Assembly (NCBI GenBank): GCA_040954595.2
Contig: CM082591.2
Location: 2,689,258 to 2,753,257, forward strand
Source of the DNA: Balanoglossus misakiensis
Taxonomy: Eukaryota; Animalia; Hemichordata
Length of the DNA stretch: 64,000 bases
Reading direction: 5' to 3'
Below, in pieces: positions 1-15,152 of the stretch (its first letter is position 1; every line of letters starts with the position of its first letter). The translations under genes and the position numbers were made by a program. A model generated the notes under the pieces. It had not been told where the DNA came from. It did no database searches and was given only the letters and a program-made list of their open reading frames with translations.

Positions 1-3000
1 AACATCGGAAATCATCCGACAAGACGACTAGATAGATATGACCGAGAGCCTTGAGTTATTCAAATATTTGGAGACAGCCAAGCAAAAGATGATTCCCTTG
101 AAGGCCCTGTTGTGATGAACGGCAGGTGGGATGCCGACAGAACGGGGAGAAGAAAAAAAAACAAAGCAAGCAATGCGTTGCTTAAGTCTAGCAACAAAAG
201 ACACAGATTGTTGTGTACATGTACTTTTCACGTAAAGCGCAGACACAAATTCTAAGTTACTAAATCGTGCATTCACACTGACTGCCTTCTGATTGTGTTG
301 TAAAAAGGCTGATCCAGGATTCGTTTAACCTTTTGAAATCATCCGGCAATCAGTCCGGCAGAACTGTCTTCTTATAGACAGACATATCACTCAGCCCCTT
401 ATTTGGAAAACGCTTATCGTCAACACAGATAAGTGAACCAGACACCTGTTTCAATGTCAGCAAATTTATGAAATCCGGCCTTCTTTTTTATCAACACCAG
501 AATTTTCCGCGAGGTCCCTCCCCCTTCATTTAAATACACATAGGCAAAAACAATGTGCTTAACGCACTGAAAAATGCCGAAATTGTCGAAACGCAGGGAA
601 ATCAATTTAAAGAGCTTCGCACTTAAATATTGATGACACACTATTGATTATGAGAAGGCGGTCTCTTTTATTGTTGAGAAATCATATACCGAAAGGCCAG
701 GTACGGTGGGCATGTGTTGTAGTCTATCCTGTCTAGTTCCAAGACAAGAAGCTTTATATTTTCAATTTCTGATGACTTACAAAACCTGATTTTCCACGAA
801 CAATCCAAAAATTAATAAATGTAAAATAAACTAAACATGCATAAGCTTTATAAATAATACCCACAATTTAAAACTTCCCGATCACTTCAAAAGTTTAAAT
901 GTACAGATTTTAACCATAGGATTGGTCATTGTTGCAGACACTCAGAGAATTCCCAATTGCATGAATAACAGCCATTGTATTACGAGCAATTACTTTAAAA
1001 CAGTCTGCGAGTCTTAATTGGATGTTCGCTGAGAACTAAACACAGTTTTCTAGATGCCTGCCACATGGCTATCATTAAGTCTGACATGATGTACAATTTC
1101 ATATCTATTGAATGAATGAACAATGGACCAGTTTGAATGTAATTTCACGCTTATTTACGTATCTCTGAGAGAATATGCAGGTAGATAGTGGTGAGAAACC
1201 ATTATCTATGACAAAAATTATTTCCAAGTCAATGCATGATTAGAATAATTGTGAATTTGCCTTTTGTTTCCCCACATGTTGAAATGTTAATGCTTATTCT
1301 CCCCAGTGGGAATTTTTTTTTGCTTTGTTGAAAGACTTCATTCAGCAGTGAGCATTTGATTGCGGCCATCTGCTTCAAATAATACTCTACTGTCAGTCTT
1401 TGTCTGCCTAAAAAATTAAAAACTGCTCTAGAAGACTATATTTTTTAAGAAAAGAGGTCAGTTCCAGGTCATGATGGGAAGGGACATGTGAGGCGGCCAT
1501 TTTGTTGTTACTGCATTGTTACAGATATCATTCTGTATCCTCTTCTCACAAAAAATTAATACAAAGTGGATTAACCTTTGGTTCTGATAAGAAATTGATG
1601 TCAAGGATGTCAAGCTAATTAACCCTTTTATCTTCATAGTTCAGTCGTAACTCATTGTTTTCTATGGTAAGGTTTGAGGGAGCACATTGATGGTTTCACA
1701 TGTTTAAAACCTTGAAATAAAACTTGTAAAGAACTAAATCCTGATTTTGACCCCGATTATGAGATTTGGCACTTTCACGAAGTTTCAGTTTTTTCTACAA
1801 TTATGATTTAATTAGGCATGTTCCACACAGGATACTAAACTCATCCTTATATAAAATTTAGCCAGTACATTTTTTTAGCTCAACCAAAATATCAGGAAAT
1901 TTTGCGTTACACAATAAAGACAGTCCACACAGACAGTTCCACAGCTGTTTACTTCTCACTGATGTAAATCCCTAACCCTTAATCAAATTCCTTTCGTACA
2001 TCACTTCAAAACAAACATTTTCATCACTTCAGATTACTCTCTGCATAAATCAATATAGTCCTAGTTTTTGGGAAACGAACGAAGCAGCCATGAATAAATA
2101 AAAGCCCATCTATCATATCCCTTCACAAAGTAGGACGAGAAACTTCCAATCTTGTCAATTTCATCGCATAGAGTATATTTAGTAGATGAATTCTAGACTA
2201 GTAAAACCTCTCATATGCTGGATACCTCTAAAAGATGTAAGCTTTTATTTCGCACAGCACAAAGATAGGTAACAATACATATCGTCATCTGATCCGTTCA
2301 TGAATAAACATCATTTGGCGAGTAAAGATTGCAAGGCAGCTAACATCTTAGCAACAAAGCCAAGAAACGTTTTCAGGGCCCCGTTATTTTACCCAAGTTC
2401 CCCTTAGAGTATCGAATCTCTTTTATAAGGTGACAGCAGAAATATAACCATTACAGACAACGCTATCTTCCTGAAAGATGAAATTTGACTTGCCCGTATC
2501 AGCACAACTCTCCACTGAAATTACATTCAGTTTATCTCTACATATTACCATGACTACTCTAAGTTAAATATGCTCATTACTGCGAATAGATAACAGCCAA
2601 TCAGCATAGTGAATCACCATCATGGGGCTCTATTTTTATAGGACATTTGTCAAATAACGAGAAATGGATTTTGAGAGTTGAAAGCATATTCCAAGAAATT
2701 TACATTTTTATTATACCAATGACGCTTAGAGCAGCCTGGTCTTAAAAGGTACCTTCTAATAACTACACATTTCACAAATTTTCACATGACTAAACCACTA
2801 TCTCAATGGACGCCTATCAACACAGACTTAAATTCCAACTAAACAGCTGTCTCTGACAAGCAAGTCAGACATGTTATAAATTTGTGGCCAGACTCAAATT
2901 CTAAGATTGTCAAATCCCACCGTGCAAAGGAACCCAATGACCTCCTTGTTCTGCCAGTTTAAGTTACAAGCAGAAACTGTTTCTGATACCAGGGGCTCCT

Positions 3001-3509
3001 GTTGCATGATGATACCGATATCTTTTAATTTTTTTACTGCTTTATCATAAGAGCAAACAATTATCAAAGCTATGTTTACACTTGAAGCAAAATCAACAGA
3101 AGCTGATAAATGAAAATGTATCAAATTTGGGAAATTTCAATAACGTGATGATTCATTCGCGACACTTGTCAGATATTGTGAATTATGAATTAGCAGTCAC
3201 TATCATCAAGAGCCACATTCTTTCAAAACATATTTGTTCCTGGGGCCTTACTGATAATATAGTTCTCTTACAAATAGCTATTTATTCACGTTCTCGGGAT
3301 GTGCACTGACAGACGCCACTTGTCAGAATTGGGAATTAATATTCTTTGACTCGCACAGAAAAAATATTCCGTGCCTCCTGTATATTTAACGAGTTCATCT
3401 ATGCTTTTGTTGGCTATCATAGTTATTGGCGATAGCAAACACAGCGTTCTATTGAATCGCTCGGTGATACCGTTTCATTTTCAAAGGGGGGAACAACTTG
3501 AGAAACTCA

Positions 3510-4505
<996 letters not shown>

Positions 4506-6208
4506 TCAAATTGGAATATTTCTCATTGAAAACCAGTCATATTTTAAACATTTCTAGTAGACAATATTGTAACATAAAAATTTGGCAAGCTGAAAAACCA
4601 TATAAATATAGTGGGGTTGTCAATCATTGGAAAGTTTCAATCAAATTTACATTTCAAAGGTGTCATAATGAAACCAACCTGTTTCCAGTGCAGACATATA
4701 CATATTAGTACTGTGCGCCGCCTCAAATATCATAAATATAGGTTTATTTTTAGCAACTGTACAAACATCCATTTGATGGAGAATGAACTGCACCATCAGC
4801 ATTTCTGCTTGAATAGATTAGATCACGTGGTTCGATAAAATTACAGCTATATCCGAAAACGTATCAGGAAGTTATTTAAACCATATGGGAACATGTTATC
4901 ACAAATTTTATTTTCAAAACTAAAAATCTTTCCCAAATGAGTTTAACAACTGCATATCCTTAAATGTTTTAGGAGTTTTTAAGCTTGAATTGATAGGTTT
5001 TAAATATAAAACAAGTCATTGTCAATGACATAGTACATGTAATGTTAGTTGGAATAAGGTTTCAAATTGGATTGAATCCTCATTTAATAAACATTTTATA
5101 GTTTGAAATTCTCTCCTATACCCTCAAGCCCCTTTTCTGTAACAGAGAAATTATATAAAATGAACAAACTAGCTTCTTCATTCATAGTAATCTTCATAAC
5201 TATTAATTTTGTTTGAGGTCATTTTTATATAACTGCGTTCAAATCAACAATTCTGTTTGCACTAGCTGCCTAATATAGACTGCATTATAATAATTCATAT
5301 CAATACCATTGATCAAATAATTTCTCATAGATAGTATTTTCAAACTATACATGTTTGTAGTATTAAGTAATCTCTACATAAACTCCCCGTCTCCACGTGT
5401 ACCCTTCATGTGATAGTAAAAATCGGAAAGCGGCAAGAAATTATTTTACGAGATAAAAATATCTGTCCTTGCATAAAAGTTCAACCGCCTCTGCAAGGAC
5501 ACTCTCGAACATGAGCTGTTGCTTTACGTCACCAGTTGACCTATAAAATCATCAATTTCCTTCAGATTAGACGTGTACGCCATGCACATGTACACAGACT
5601 TCATAGCTATGGATTTTCAACCTATTTCACAGTTTAAAATCTACAATCTGTCGATCGATAGTTTTCCAAAACCTTCCGGATCTCGTGCCGTATAATGGCA
5701 TCGACCCAAATCACTGTGTAACTGCGAAGTGCGAATTCTGTAGAGGGAAAGAGGGATTGCCAGAAGGGGTGAAGTACCCAGAGCAATATGTCATGACTGA
5801 TTAGAAAGACACAGGCACCCCTGTTGGAGGGGAGCTGGGCGAAAAGTCGGACGACCGACGCCATATGTTACAATATGCACCTCGTCTGAGTCATGACAAC
5901 AGGAAGTTGATATTTTTAGTTCAGGAAATAAATGGTCAACAAAATCACCTGGTTCCCGTCAATTTAGTTCTAGAGAACTGTCAGGGGAATTGGGCACATG
6001 TACAGGCACATGTATGGACCTGAACACAAGTCAATTTAAATTGTCCGTTTTTGTCTATTTTCGTTGACTGCCACATTTGCTGGTTAATCTCCATACATAC
6101 AACACACATTAGTTGCTTTACAGAAATGATCCACTTTTCCCTGACCTGACATTCACTGTACGAATTTGTAGACAGTTTTCTCTATATAATATGGATACCT
6201 CACCTTTG

Positions 6209-6301
6209 TTAACCCTTTCAGCCCCATTTCCCTATATAGAGGTCTAATCTCATCATAGAAAACAATGGGTTTGGACCAAACTATGGTGGGGAAAGGGTTC
6301 A
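6209..6301. mobile_element. Short MITE-like element with CCCTTTC...GAAAGGG termini and TTAA-type flanks (piggyBac-like signature)
   Basis: TTAA-CCCTTTC at 6209-6219 and GAAAGGG-TTCA at 6291-6301. A shorter relative with the same termini lies at 50831-50877. Confidence 0.5.
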
Positions 6302-9300
6302 AATGTATTCAAAATTATCTTTTACTAAAGTTAATTAATTATGCAGCTATCAGCTTTGGGGAATTTAATCGTTATCTCTTTGGTGGAACTGTTGTGCGGA
6401 CAACTTACGTTGAGATTCATATGGCAGAGCATGTCACGTTAATCCGTTTTGTTGAGAAACCACCAAACAGCTGTTGGAAGTATCGGACGCAAATCTCACT
6501 TTTTTATACGTTCGAGAGTGTGACCTCATTTCACAATTTACACTCTGCTTTAAAATGATGACCTTTTATTCAGATTTTGAACTTCAATACGAACAAGAAA
6601 AAAAATTAAACTCATTACAAAGCAATCCTTAACGGAAAAACTTAATTGATTCTCAAAATCTAAGACAAATTATGACTGGGTCAACAAAGATCGTCACTGT
6701 ATATTTGTCAGAAAATTATATTTTCACGATATTTATTAAAATCCCTTTCCTCCCAAAATGATAGAACAGTGATAATTGATATCAATATAATCGACTGTAC
6801 AACGTGAGTGCCACCAGACTTCTGATATGTCTAAAACTTGTTTCCATAAATAAGAGAAATTACTTGCTCCAATTCCAAAGATAATTGGCAAATACCTTTC
6901 TAACTACTCACTGAAGTAAACATTTCCCACTTGTGAAAAAACATCATGCTCCATTGCATCAGCTGACAAAAGCACAGAGGACTCCATTAATACAAAAATT
7001 AACTTAGGATAGTTTGGATCTTTATATTATGCGTCACCTGATCAGCCTCATTTGCATGATGTTTACTGAAAGAATGCGTATACCCTGCATACTCCTGGGA
7101 CTTGCCAATTTCATGACGAACACCTTAGGGACAAACATTTTGCAAATTCACAAGTCTGGAAGGTGTTGTTTGCAATATTTGTCAGAATGTCGTCTCAGAG
7201 ACTTCTGACATTAGAAAAACAGGTGACAACTTTTACGATTAACACCCAAAAAGTGCGATAAAACTCCCGACTATCTTCATCCCCATGGCAACAGTCAGAT
7301 AAGAACATGTGAATACAGTCAACATGTTTTACTTATGAACGTACCTCCAACTATATATAATTTACATTTAAAGTTTCAGGCTGACATGAAAATAAAATAC
7401 ACCTTCACAAAGAAAATAATCTTTTGTGGAAAATGCACTAGCTTGAAGTGAGCTTGGCAATTTCGGAGATGCAGAGACACACTTTTATAATGATTTCATC
7501 AACACAAGTGATATTTTGAGGTACTATTTCGGATGAAAATATATCAAATAGTCTCAGCAAAGGCTCAATAATTCATCCTGTGAAATAAACGTAAAACTGT
7601 GACAAGATACAGTATTGTGTGAGGTTCAGATATTAATACTTGTAACGACATGTTGAAAACTTGCAAGCAAGAGTTTTGTGTTTTACAAAAACATTGAACA
7701 ATGCGGGAACCATGCACGGTTCTTTGCTCCAGAGCCGATCAAAGCGTCTTGCAGACTGGGTCAAGGACTACACTATTAACTCTTCAAGGCTGGTTCAATA
7801 GTTTCCAAAGTATTTCCTTTCGTGGTGTTTCTCACGTCTCTCCATCCCATAAATTGTTTTCGCTCGTGTAAGAAAGTGTGGTGTGGTAGTTGCCACCAGA
7901 TCTTAACTTGTCTATCTTCTCAAAATCGTAGAGGTTGGTCGTAACGACATTTGTGTTTAGAGAAGGTACTTTCTTAGAGTTTGTGATCAGGAGGGGGGAA
8001 ATGATAGAGAGGGGGAGGGTAGAGAAACACAGGGAAGAGAGATGGTGGGGAGGGGGTATGACCGCTGTATTGATGAGGACTGTACTTTTCCGGCAAGAAG
8101 TTGTTTACAAGATTGTGTGGGGAAGGTTTATTGATGGAAAGCCTGACGTGATGCTTAGATCAATAAATGGTAATGTAAAATGGCAGCTCGGTTATAGGAA
8201 ATCTATGATTGCACACATCAGGCTTGATTTGATGCAAATTTGACACCGTCACACGCACATGAAAATTACAGCTTGGATTCAAATTAATAATCCTTTGCAC
8301 AGAATATACATTGAAAATTGGATTTTCAAAAAATGGACCATAATGAGGCGGGTGAAACTATTTTGCAGTCAGCAGAGAAGCCTAAACTCAGTTCACACCC
8401 CTTGTATTATAGTGGAACAGTCCATATAGATAATTCAGTCTATTTTATATGCAAAAATAAAAACTAGGTTTCGAAGTATAAAATGAAATGTACTGGTACT
8501 TAATAGCAACAATAAAGGGAAATGTAGCTAATCAATGAAGAGAACCAATTGTATTCTTGTTGACTGTAACAGACGAAACCACAACGAAATCATGATAAAG
8601 CTGACAATTCTAGTACTCATTTCAAAGTTTCCCTAAATCCATACCGTTTTCTAACAACAATTATCAGTGGTTTAGAACGTACAGAAAATGGACCCTGGCA
8701 GATGTGGTTTGAATCACCAAGCACCGAGCTCGCTCATTGTTGATTTTAGGGGTGGACCCCCCCTGGGGTATCCTGGTTGGTCTGTGTTTGGCATGTCAAG
8801 CATTATACTGAAGTATCCATAACAAAAAAGTTTATTTTTGGTGACACACACATGCAAATGGACAATAAAATATTGATGTTTGTGTAATGAGGTCAGGGTA
8901 ATGTGTTTTTTATGACATTTTGACAATGATTGAATTGCAATTAGAACTGGGCGTGTATCTACTCATTTGGCCAGTCCTATCACCAGGTGGTTTTATCTCC
9001 AACACAACCAATCATAACAAAATAAAGAATCAACTACACTGGAAGTACACTTAGGATTATGAAACACTATATATTACTGTTTTCGAGTGAATTCTCTTCC
9101 ACACTGACTTATATTATAAATTTGTCAACAACAACACTGGATTTTGATATATAAAACCATGAAAACCACCCTTCATACACGAAACGAAAACTCTCATAAA
9201 AACACATCCCTGTTAGCTTGCGACCCCATCAATTGTTTGCATATAGCGTGATAGGTTACAGTACTGAAGGCGACATAATGGCCACAGGTCCAGTACATGA

Positions 9301-9652
9301 CCCAAACTGGCAAACCACACCAAGACATTATCATATTCTCTAGCTACAGCCCATCCACAGCATGGTTATAATTCTCTCGTAATGTATAGAATGCTGGACG
9401 ACGAAAAACACCATGCCTCCTTATACAGGTTTTAATATACATTATACCCCTGTAAAGATTAATTGTCCCTACATAATGCTCCTACAGAGCCAATCTTTGT
9501 GGAGAACACATGGGCAGAAATGAGGTCACTATACACATTGGTAATACCCAAAGAAAAGTCAATATTAGCATCCGTAGAGACCCAGTAAAAGGTTAATTTA
9601 ATATCCAAAGAGTAAATACGAATATTATTTACTTACCTATATACTTAATCAG

Positions 9653-9680
9653 TTGATTGATTGATTGATTGATTGATTGA
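9653..9680. repeat. (TTGA)7 microsatellite
   Basis: Read directly from the sequence. Confidence 0.95.
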
Positions 9681-12600
9681 TAATAGGGAGGTCAATATAA
9701 TTATCTATATGCCCTACAAAGAGATTGTTGATATTGGCAATGTCTTTCGTCGATTCCATGTTTTAAGTTTTATATCTTTCGTTGCGGTATTATCTACTAT
9801 TCTTTGACAATTATAAACATCCAAATTATCTATTCTCTTCTTGATGACTGATTTGAGACTGATCAACATCTGGGACTGTACTGTAAGTCACTAAGTGTTA
9901 TATTTAACAACTTAGACAGCTGTGGTATGATAATTAAAAGTGAAACGCGTTTCAGTAATCAGAATGGTATGTCTGTCATGATGTAATAATCATCATACTG
10001 AAGATCTTATTTTAGTCCCTGCCTGTTCATCACTGTTTTGAAATCAGTCCAAGTTTTCAGACTTTGTAACAGATGCAGCTACTGATCAAAGTCCTGAAAT
10101 CTGCATGTGTGTGTTTTTTTTAGCCGTGTCAGATTTCAATATCATCAAAATTGACATTTTTTGCCTTCACATGATCTTCAGGTTTACAAATGAAATTTCT
10201 GGGTGATCGACAAGCAAAAACATCATGTTAAATTGGACACTTTACGGTGCTCTTATTTTTAAAATGTGCCAATGTATATGAAATTTCATCCATTTCAGTT
10301 GCCTTGAAACATGCAATTAAGCTGCACGATTTCTGATATGAGAACACATTTATGTTCAAGAAACTACAGACTGTCTGCTCTTCTGACATTTAAGTAAATG
10401 GCATTCTGACCTCCAGGCCATGGTTCAGTCTCTTAACATGGCAGAGTAAACGAATTTCACCATTTAGGCAGAAGACGACCAAATTTTGAAAAGACAGCGT
10501 TGTATACTCTATTTCTGATCAGTAAACATCAATATCTCGGCCGAAACCTGTTTATCAGGTTTCTTCCAACACTCATCCAATCAGTAGCTGTAATTTTCAT
10601 CAAGGCTGTCTATTTGATTGTGGTGCCATTCCATTTTTCGTCATCACGGTTTTAATCAGCCTGGTTGGGTTTGGCGACAAACTGGCATATTAGCACGGAC
10701 CTGGTCTGCCTCCGTGACTCAGTATTAGTTGCAATTGCAGATAAAGATGTCTAGACACACTGAGATGAAGAGACCAAACAACGTGGCCACTTCAAGTTAA
10801 TTTTGCTCGTACTACAGACACCAAATCAAACTTGTACGGTTTCTCTCATCATTTTATCTCTGCTTTCACACAAACACAGAGCTCTATAACAAATGTCGTC
10901 TGATTTTTAGGCAGCGGATTCAAATCCAGGAGCAGTACTTATTAGTTTTTTAACATCTCTTCAGTCTGACTATGAAATGAGATGTCGACTTTTTTACCCA
11001 CAATGCAAATGTGATTTGACCCCCTAGCATGTCAGTAAATGCCAAACTGGTTAGTTCTTGCACAGAATAATAAACAAAATGCGACAACCAACCTTTCAAA
11101 TTGAATATGCCATGAGAATCTTCGCAGTTGTGATCATTTATTAATTTTCTTCTTATCTGTCCCGTTAAATAATGTCTGGCAAACACAGCTGTAGTTGATA
11201 ATTTTTTATTCACAACTTCTGTCCTATTAAATATTCAGTTTTTATTTTTCTCCGTTTTGTATTATCCTCCCTGACCTTTCCTGAAAAGGGTCAGCATTTG
11301 GCTTGTCAAATGGTCTGTTTATGCGCGTGAAAAGCCTCCATTATACAATTGAAATGAAGTACAAATTCAAAAGTCCATAGCAAGTCTGCCCATTACACAC
11401 TGTTCTGTTGACAAATCGTATACTTAGCGACAGTCTCTTTGATGAAGTGGAGCGGGAAACTATTCTTGATATGCAGAAAGAAAAATGATGGAAAAAACAT
11501 CAGCTTTCACCTGTACGCCATTTATCTTTCAAAGACTTATGATGTACAGGTTTTTCCACGATGCGATGCTTAGCCTAAGGCTGGATTTTATGGAACAGTA
11601 AAAAAACTGCAACAATGTAACAGTTTCTAAGGTGATATTGTAACAATGGAACACAATGCTACATAACAACAACTGTACTGTTACACTAGAGTTGCGAAAA
11701 AATATAATGAGCGATTGTTTGCGCTAGAAATATATTCCTCTGGTGTTTGCAGTAACATGACCTCAACACCAACAAAGCTGGCCCCTTCTTGGCAACTTAG
11801 TACCTTGTCTTGCCAATGTAAAAATTTCTTCGTGAAAATTCTTCAACATAACAACACAGGTTTAGTGTTGCACTGTTCTCTTTATCCACGGATAATGTTT
11901 ATCGGAAAATATGTCAACGCTTCCCCATTTCCTGCAGATATTTTGCGATAGTGCAGGTTTTTTTACGAGCAACAAGTTCGTACATGGGCTTAGCAACAAA
12001 ATTAAAACATGATCATACGCTGTCAGTTCAACTCAGTTTTTTTGTAACTGTGTGCGTTTAAATTTTGTGAATGGGATGATCGCTAACTTTCTCCCTACAA
12101 CGAAGTGTGTAAATAGTCATATGTGTCATTGTCAACAGTGCATAAATTAGCATAAATAAAGAAAATCATGATACACACATACATTTTTTAGCAAATTGGC
12201 CCAAATCGGCTGTGATTCTCTGAAACATACACAGTTTTATGACAACAAGATGCTAACAAAATCCCTATTGACTGACCAACAGTACTGCTCAGGGTTTCAA
12301 AGGCAAAACATTTGACATTGTAGGGCTTCCTATCTTTTTTTTTAATACCCATCTGTGAGCACCTAGCAACCGTTCACAAATATGCACTTCCTCAAGCTAC
12401 AGTGGTCTGACCCATTTTATCACGAACTAAACTTCTACTAATCATCTCCAAGTTTTTTTGCAAAAATATAACAGTGTTGAAAAACACTTCTGACAGATAA
12501 CTTAAGTCTTAATTTGTAACTTAAGAGTAAATGCTATCTTCACAAAAACAGGATGTACCAGTAAAGTATCTCGAAAACAAAAATACGACACAAGGTCGCA

Positions 12601-14788
12601 ATCGTCACATGAATATTTTAATCGTACTTCCTAGAGAGATAACCAGAAAAGATGGCATATATACAAACTATTAAAGGGACTAAGTCCCTAACTTTTGATT
12701 TATTATTTTTAATTCATTTGATATGTATTTATTTTGTTCTACAAACTGAAATATGCTCAATGACCTGTTGACTACCTAGGACAGTTAAAATATTTTGTAT
12801 GGCTGACAATTGTTTTATAATGGCAGAAAGTTGTTGGTTTTAATATAATATCCATGAATTCTATCAAATTAGATAGAATTTGTGTAACTTAAAATGTAAG
12901 AAACTAAAGGAATATTTTAGGAAAATGGGTCTGATACAAATATAACATTTTCTGAACTGTTTTAATTCTTTTTTAGATAAAGAAATTACAGCAACAGTAT
13001 ACACCCATGAGGCCATCATTCAAGAAGACATGATCATGTTCAAATCTCTCGAGATTTGCAACCAGAATACATCAACTAAACAAGAACAAGTACTGATGAT
13101 GATACCAGGTATTATTTTAGACTTCTCAGGTTTGGAGCCTGATTGCTTCAAACCTTGATTTTATTTCTGGAAACAATCACAAAGAGTTTTATACTTCAAT
13201 TATTTGCATTTTCCATGCTATTATTATCTCCACACTAAAGGCTGTCAGCTAAGATGAATTTTTATAATTAACAAGAGTTGATCAGATTGCCTAAAGCTCA
13301 AATAACTGTTTTCAGTTGTCTGTGTGTATGTGAACTGAACTTCCACACCTTCATTCCTCATTTTTCCCTCACAAATCTTATCAAAATGACTTTTGCTTGT
13401 CAATGTTGAGCATTATCAACATTTCTGTTAATGTGTTGTGGGGTGGTGATATGGGCAATATCTTTCAAAGTTGAGATGTCTATCCTGATGATGTATCAGA
13501 ATGACCTTTGACTAGATCACATCTAGCAGTTCACAAAATCTTGTTATGTAAACCCAATGGTGCTTTGTGATAATATTACACTTTATTGGGATTTAAACCC
13601 AAAGTTAAAACGTCTGCACAAAATGATGTCATGAATTCAGAGATGGGAAACCACGACTGACCAATCCAATATCCAACAACTCTCTCCATCCCATTAAACC
13701 TTTAAAACTAAGCTGGCTTATTTGCAATCTGGGGACCGAAGTTCAGAGAGGTGTTGACTCAAGATCTATGAGACATCACACACACAACAGATACCCTGGA
13801 TAAACAAACACCTCTGAACAGAAAAACCTCATCTGAACGCCCCTTTAAAGCTGAAAAGCAGCAAAACTTCACGCAAAGAAACTCCACAGGATTTAATGAA
13901 TCAACATTCATCATTCCAGAATATTCTGTCGAGCGAATAAGTTGGTGATTAGCAAACCCACGTTGCACTATGCATGTTGCAGTACAGTACAGACGATCAT
14001 TATCTGTTGGCATTGGGCATATTAACATCTTGTTTCAGACCTGCTCTAGCGTTAAAAGCCAATTTTCTCTCGTGGGATCGTCGGCCAGGAAGGCCCATTT
14101 TCCCGACACCGATTCCCTTTTGAATAGCAATCCAGTGAATATAAAGAATTTCATTCAAATTTGGTAATTAAAATTTTGCGTTGTGAACAGTGAAGCCATT
14201 TTAACAGATTAACGAGTTACAGCCCATTTCGTGTGAAATGTGTCTGCGCACAGAGGAATTCCTGAAATTGACTATAGCAACCCCTGACGAGGTTTAGTTG
14301 CCTTTTTCTGGTGAATATGTACCCTTACGTAAAAGTGGGCATTTTCTTTGTTAACAAGGCTAAATGTGTTGTCTCAAGTTAGGGCCTCAGTGACGTGATT
14401 TTCGCCAGCCAACATTTGCTTAGGGTATCCAGCATTTAGAGATCTGCAAATCGCGTCACTTTTAAGTCAAAATAAACAGTTAATCGAGAGAAATGTACAT
14501 GGGTTTGAGGCTTTGGAAAGATCAGACCAACCAACAAATGCTCCAGATATTTCACAGATCGGGACAGCCAGGAATTCGCCTGAAAATACGCGGAATGTCT
14601 GTCAACAGAGAATGATGTGATAGGTGTTGCAAAACAGGGAGCATGTTTTCGACGGGTCTGTGCTATATTGAATACGTGCGGTCACAGTACTGACCGCTCA
14701 TATTCCTCGAGTTTTTCATTAGTATTCCGTCCGATCAGACGGTAAACATCTCTGGAATGGAGTGATGGAATCGCTTAATATACGTTAC

Positions 14789-15152
14789 CTTTGTTCGATG
14801 TTCTCCGTCGTCGAGGATTTAGGCATCTCAGAGTAGACTTGAACAAAAGCTAGTCTCCGTAACAGCGTCGAATGAGTTTAGAAATATTGATGACACCATA
14901 CAGCAGCAACATATACCATACCCGTCGGTCGTTATCAGATATTTTCCAATCCTACGCTCCTATTCCTTGCTAAATTTGTTATTCTTGCTTTCTAATGTGT
15001 CCGTTCAGTATTCGGGGTATATGATCGTCGAGTCCTTTCGCTTAACCCCCGATTTCCGACTAGGTTTTTAGCCATATTTCCCCCAACGGTACCAACATAT
15101 CCTCCCCCAGCTGAATTTTTGCAAGAATACAGTCAGCGAGCCAGTGACGTCA
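14789..15152 (-). promoter_or_regulatory. Candidate HIPK promoter and non-coding first exon
   Basis: Local CpG enrichment, a perfect CRE palindrome TGACGTCA at 15145-15152, and a minus-strand donor AG|GTAACG after 14789. The acceptor at 4490 implies an upstream exon. No transcript evidence. Confidence 0.35.
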
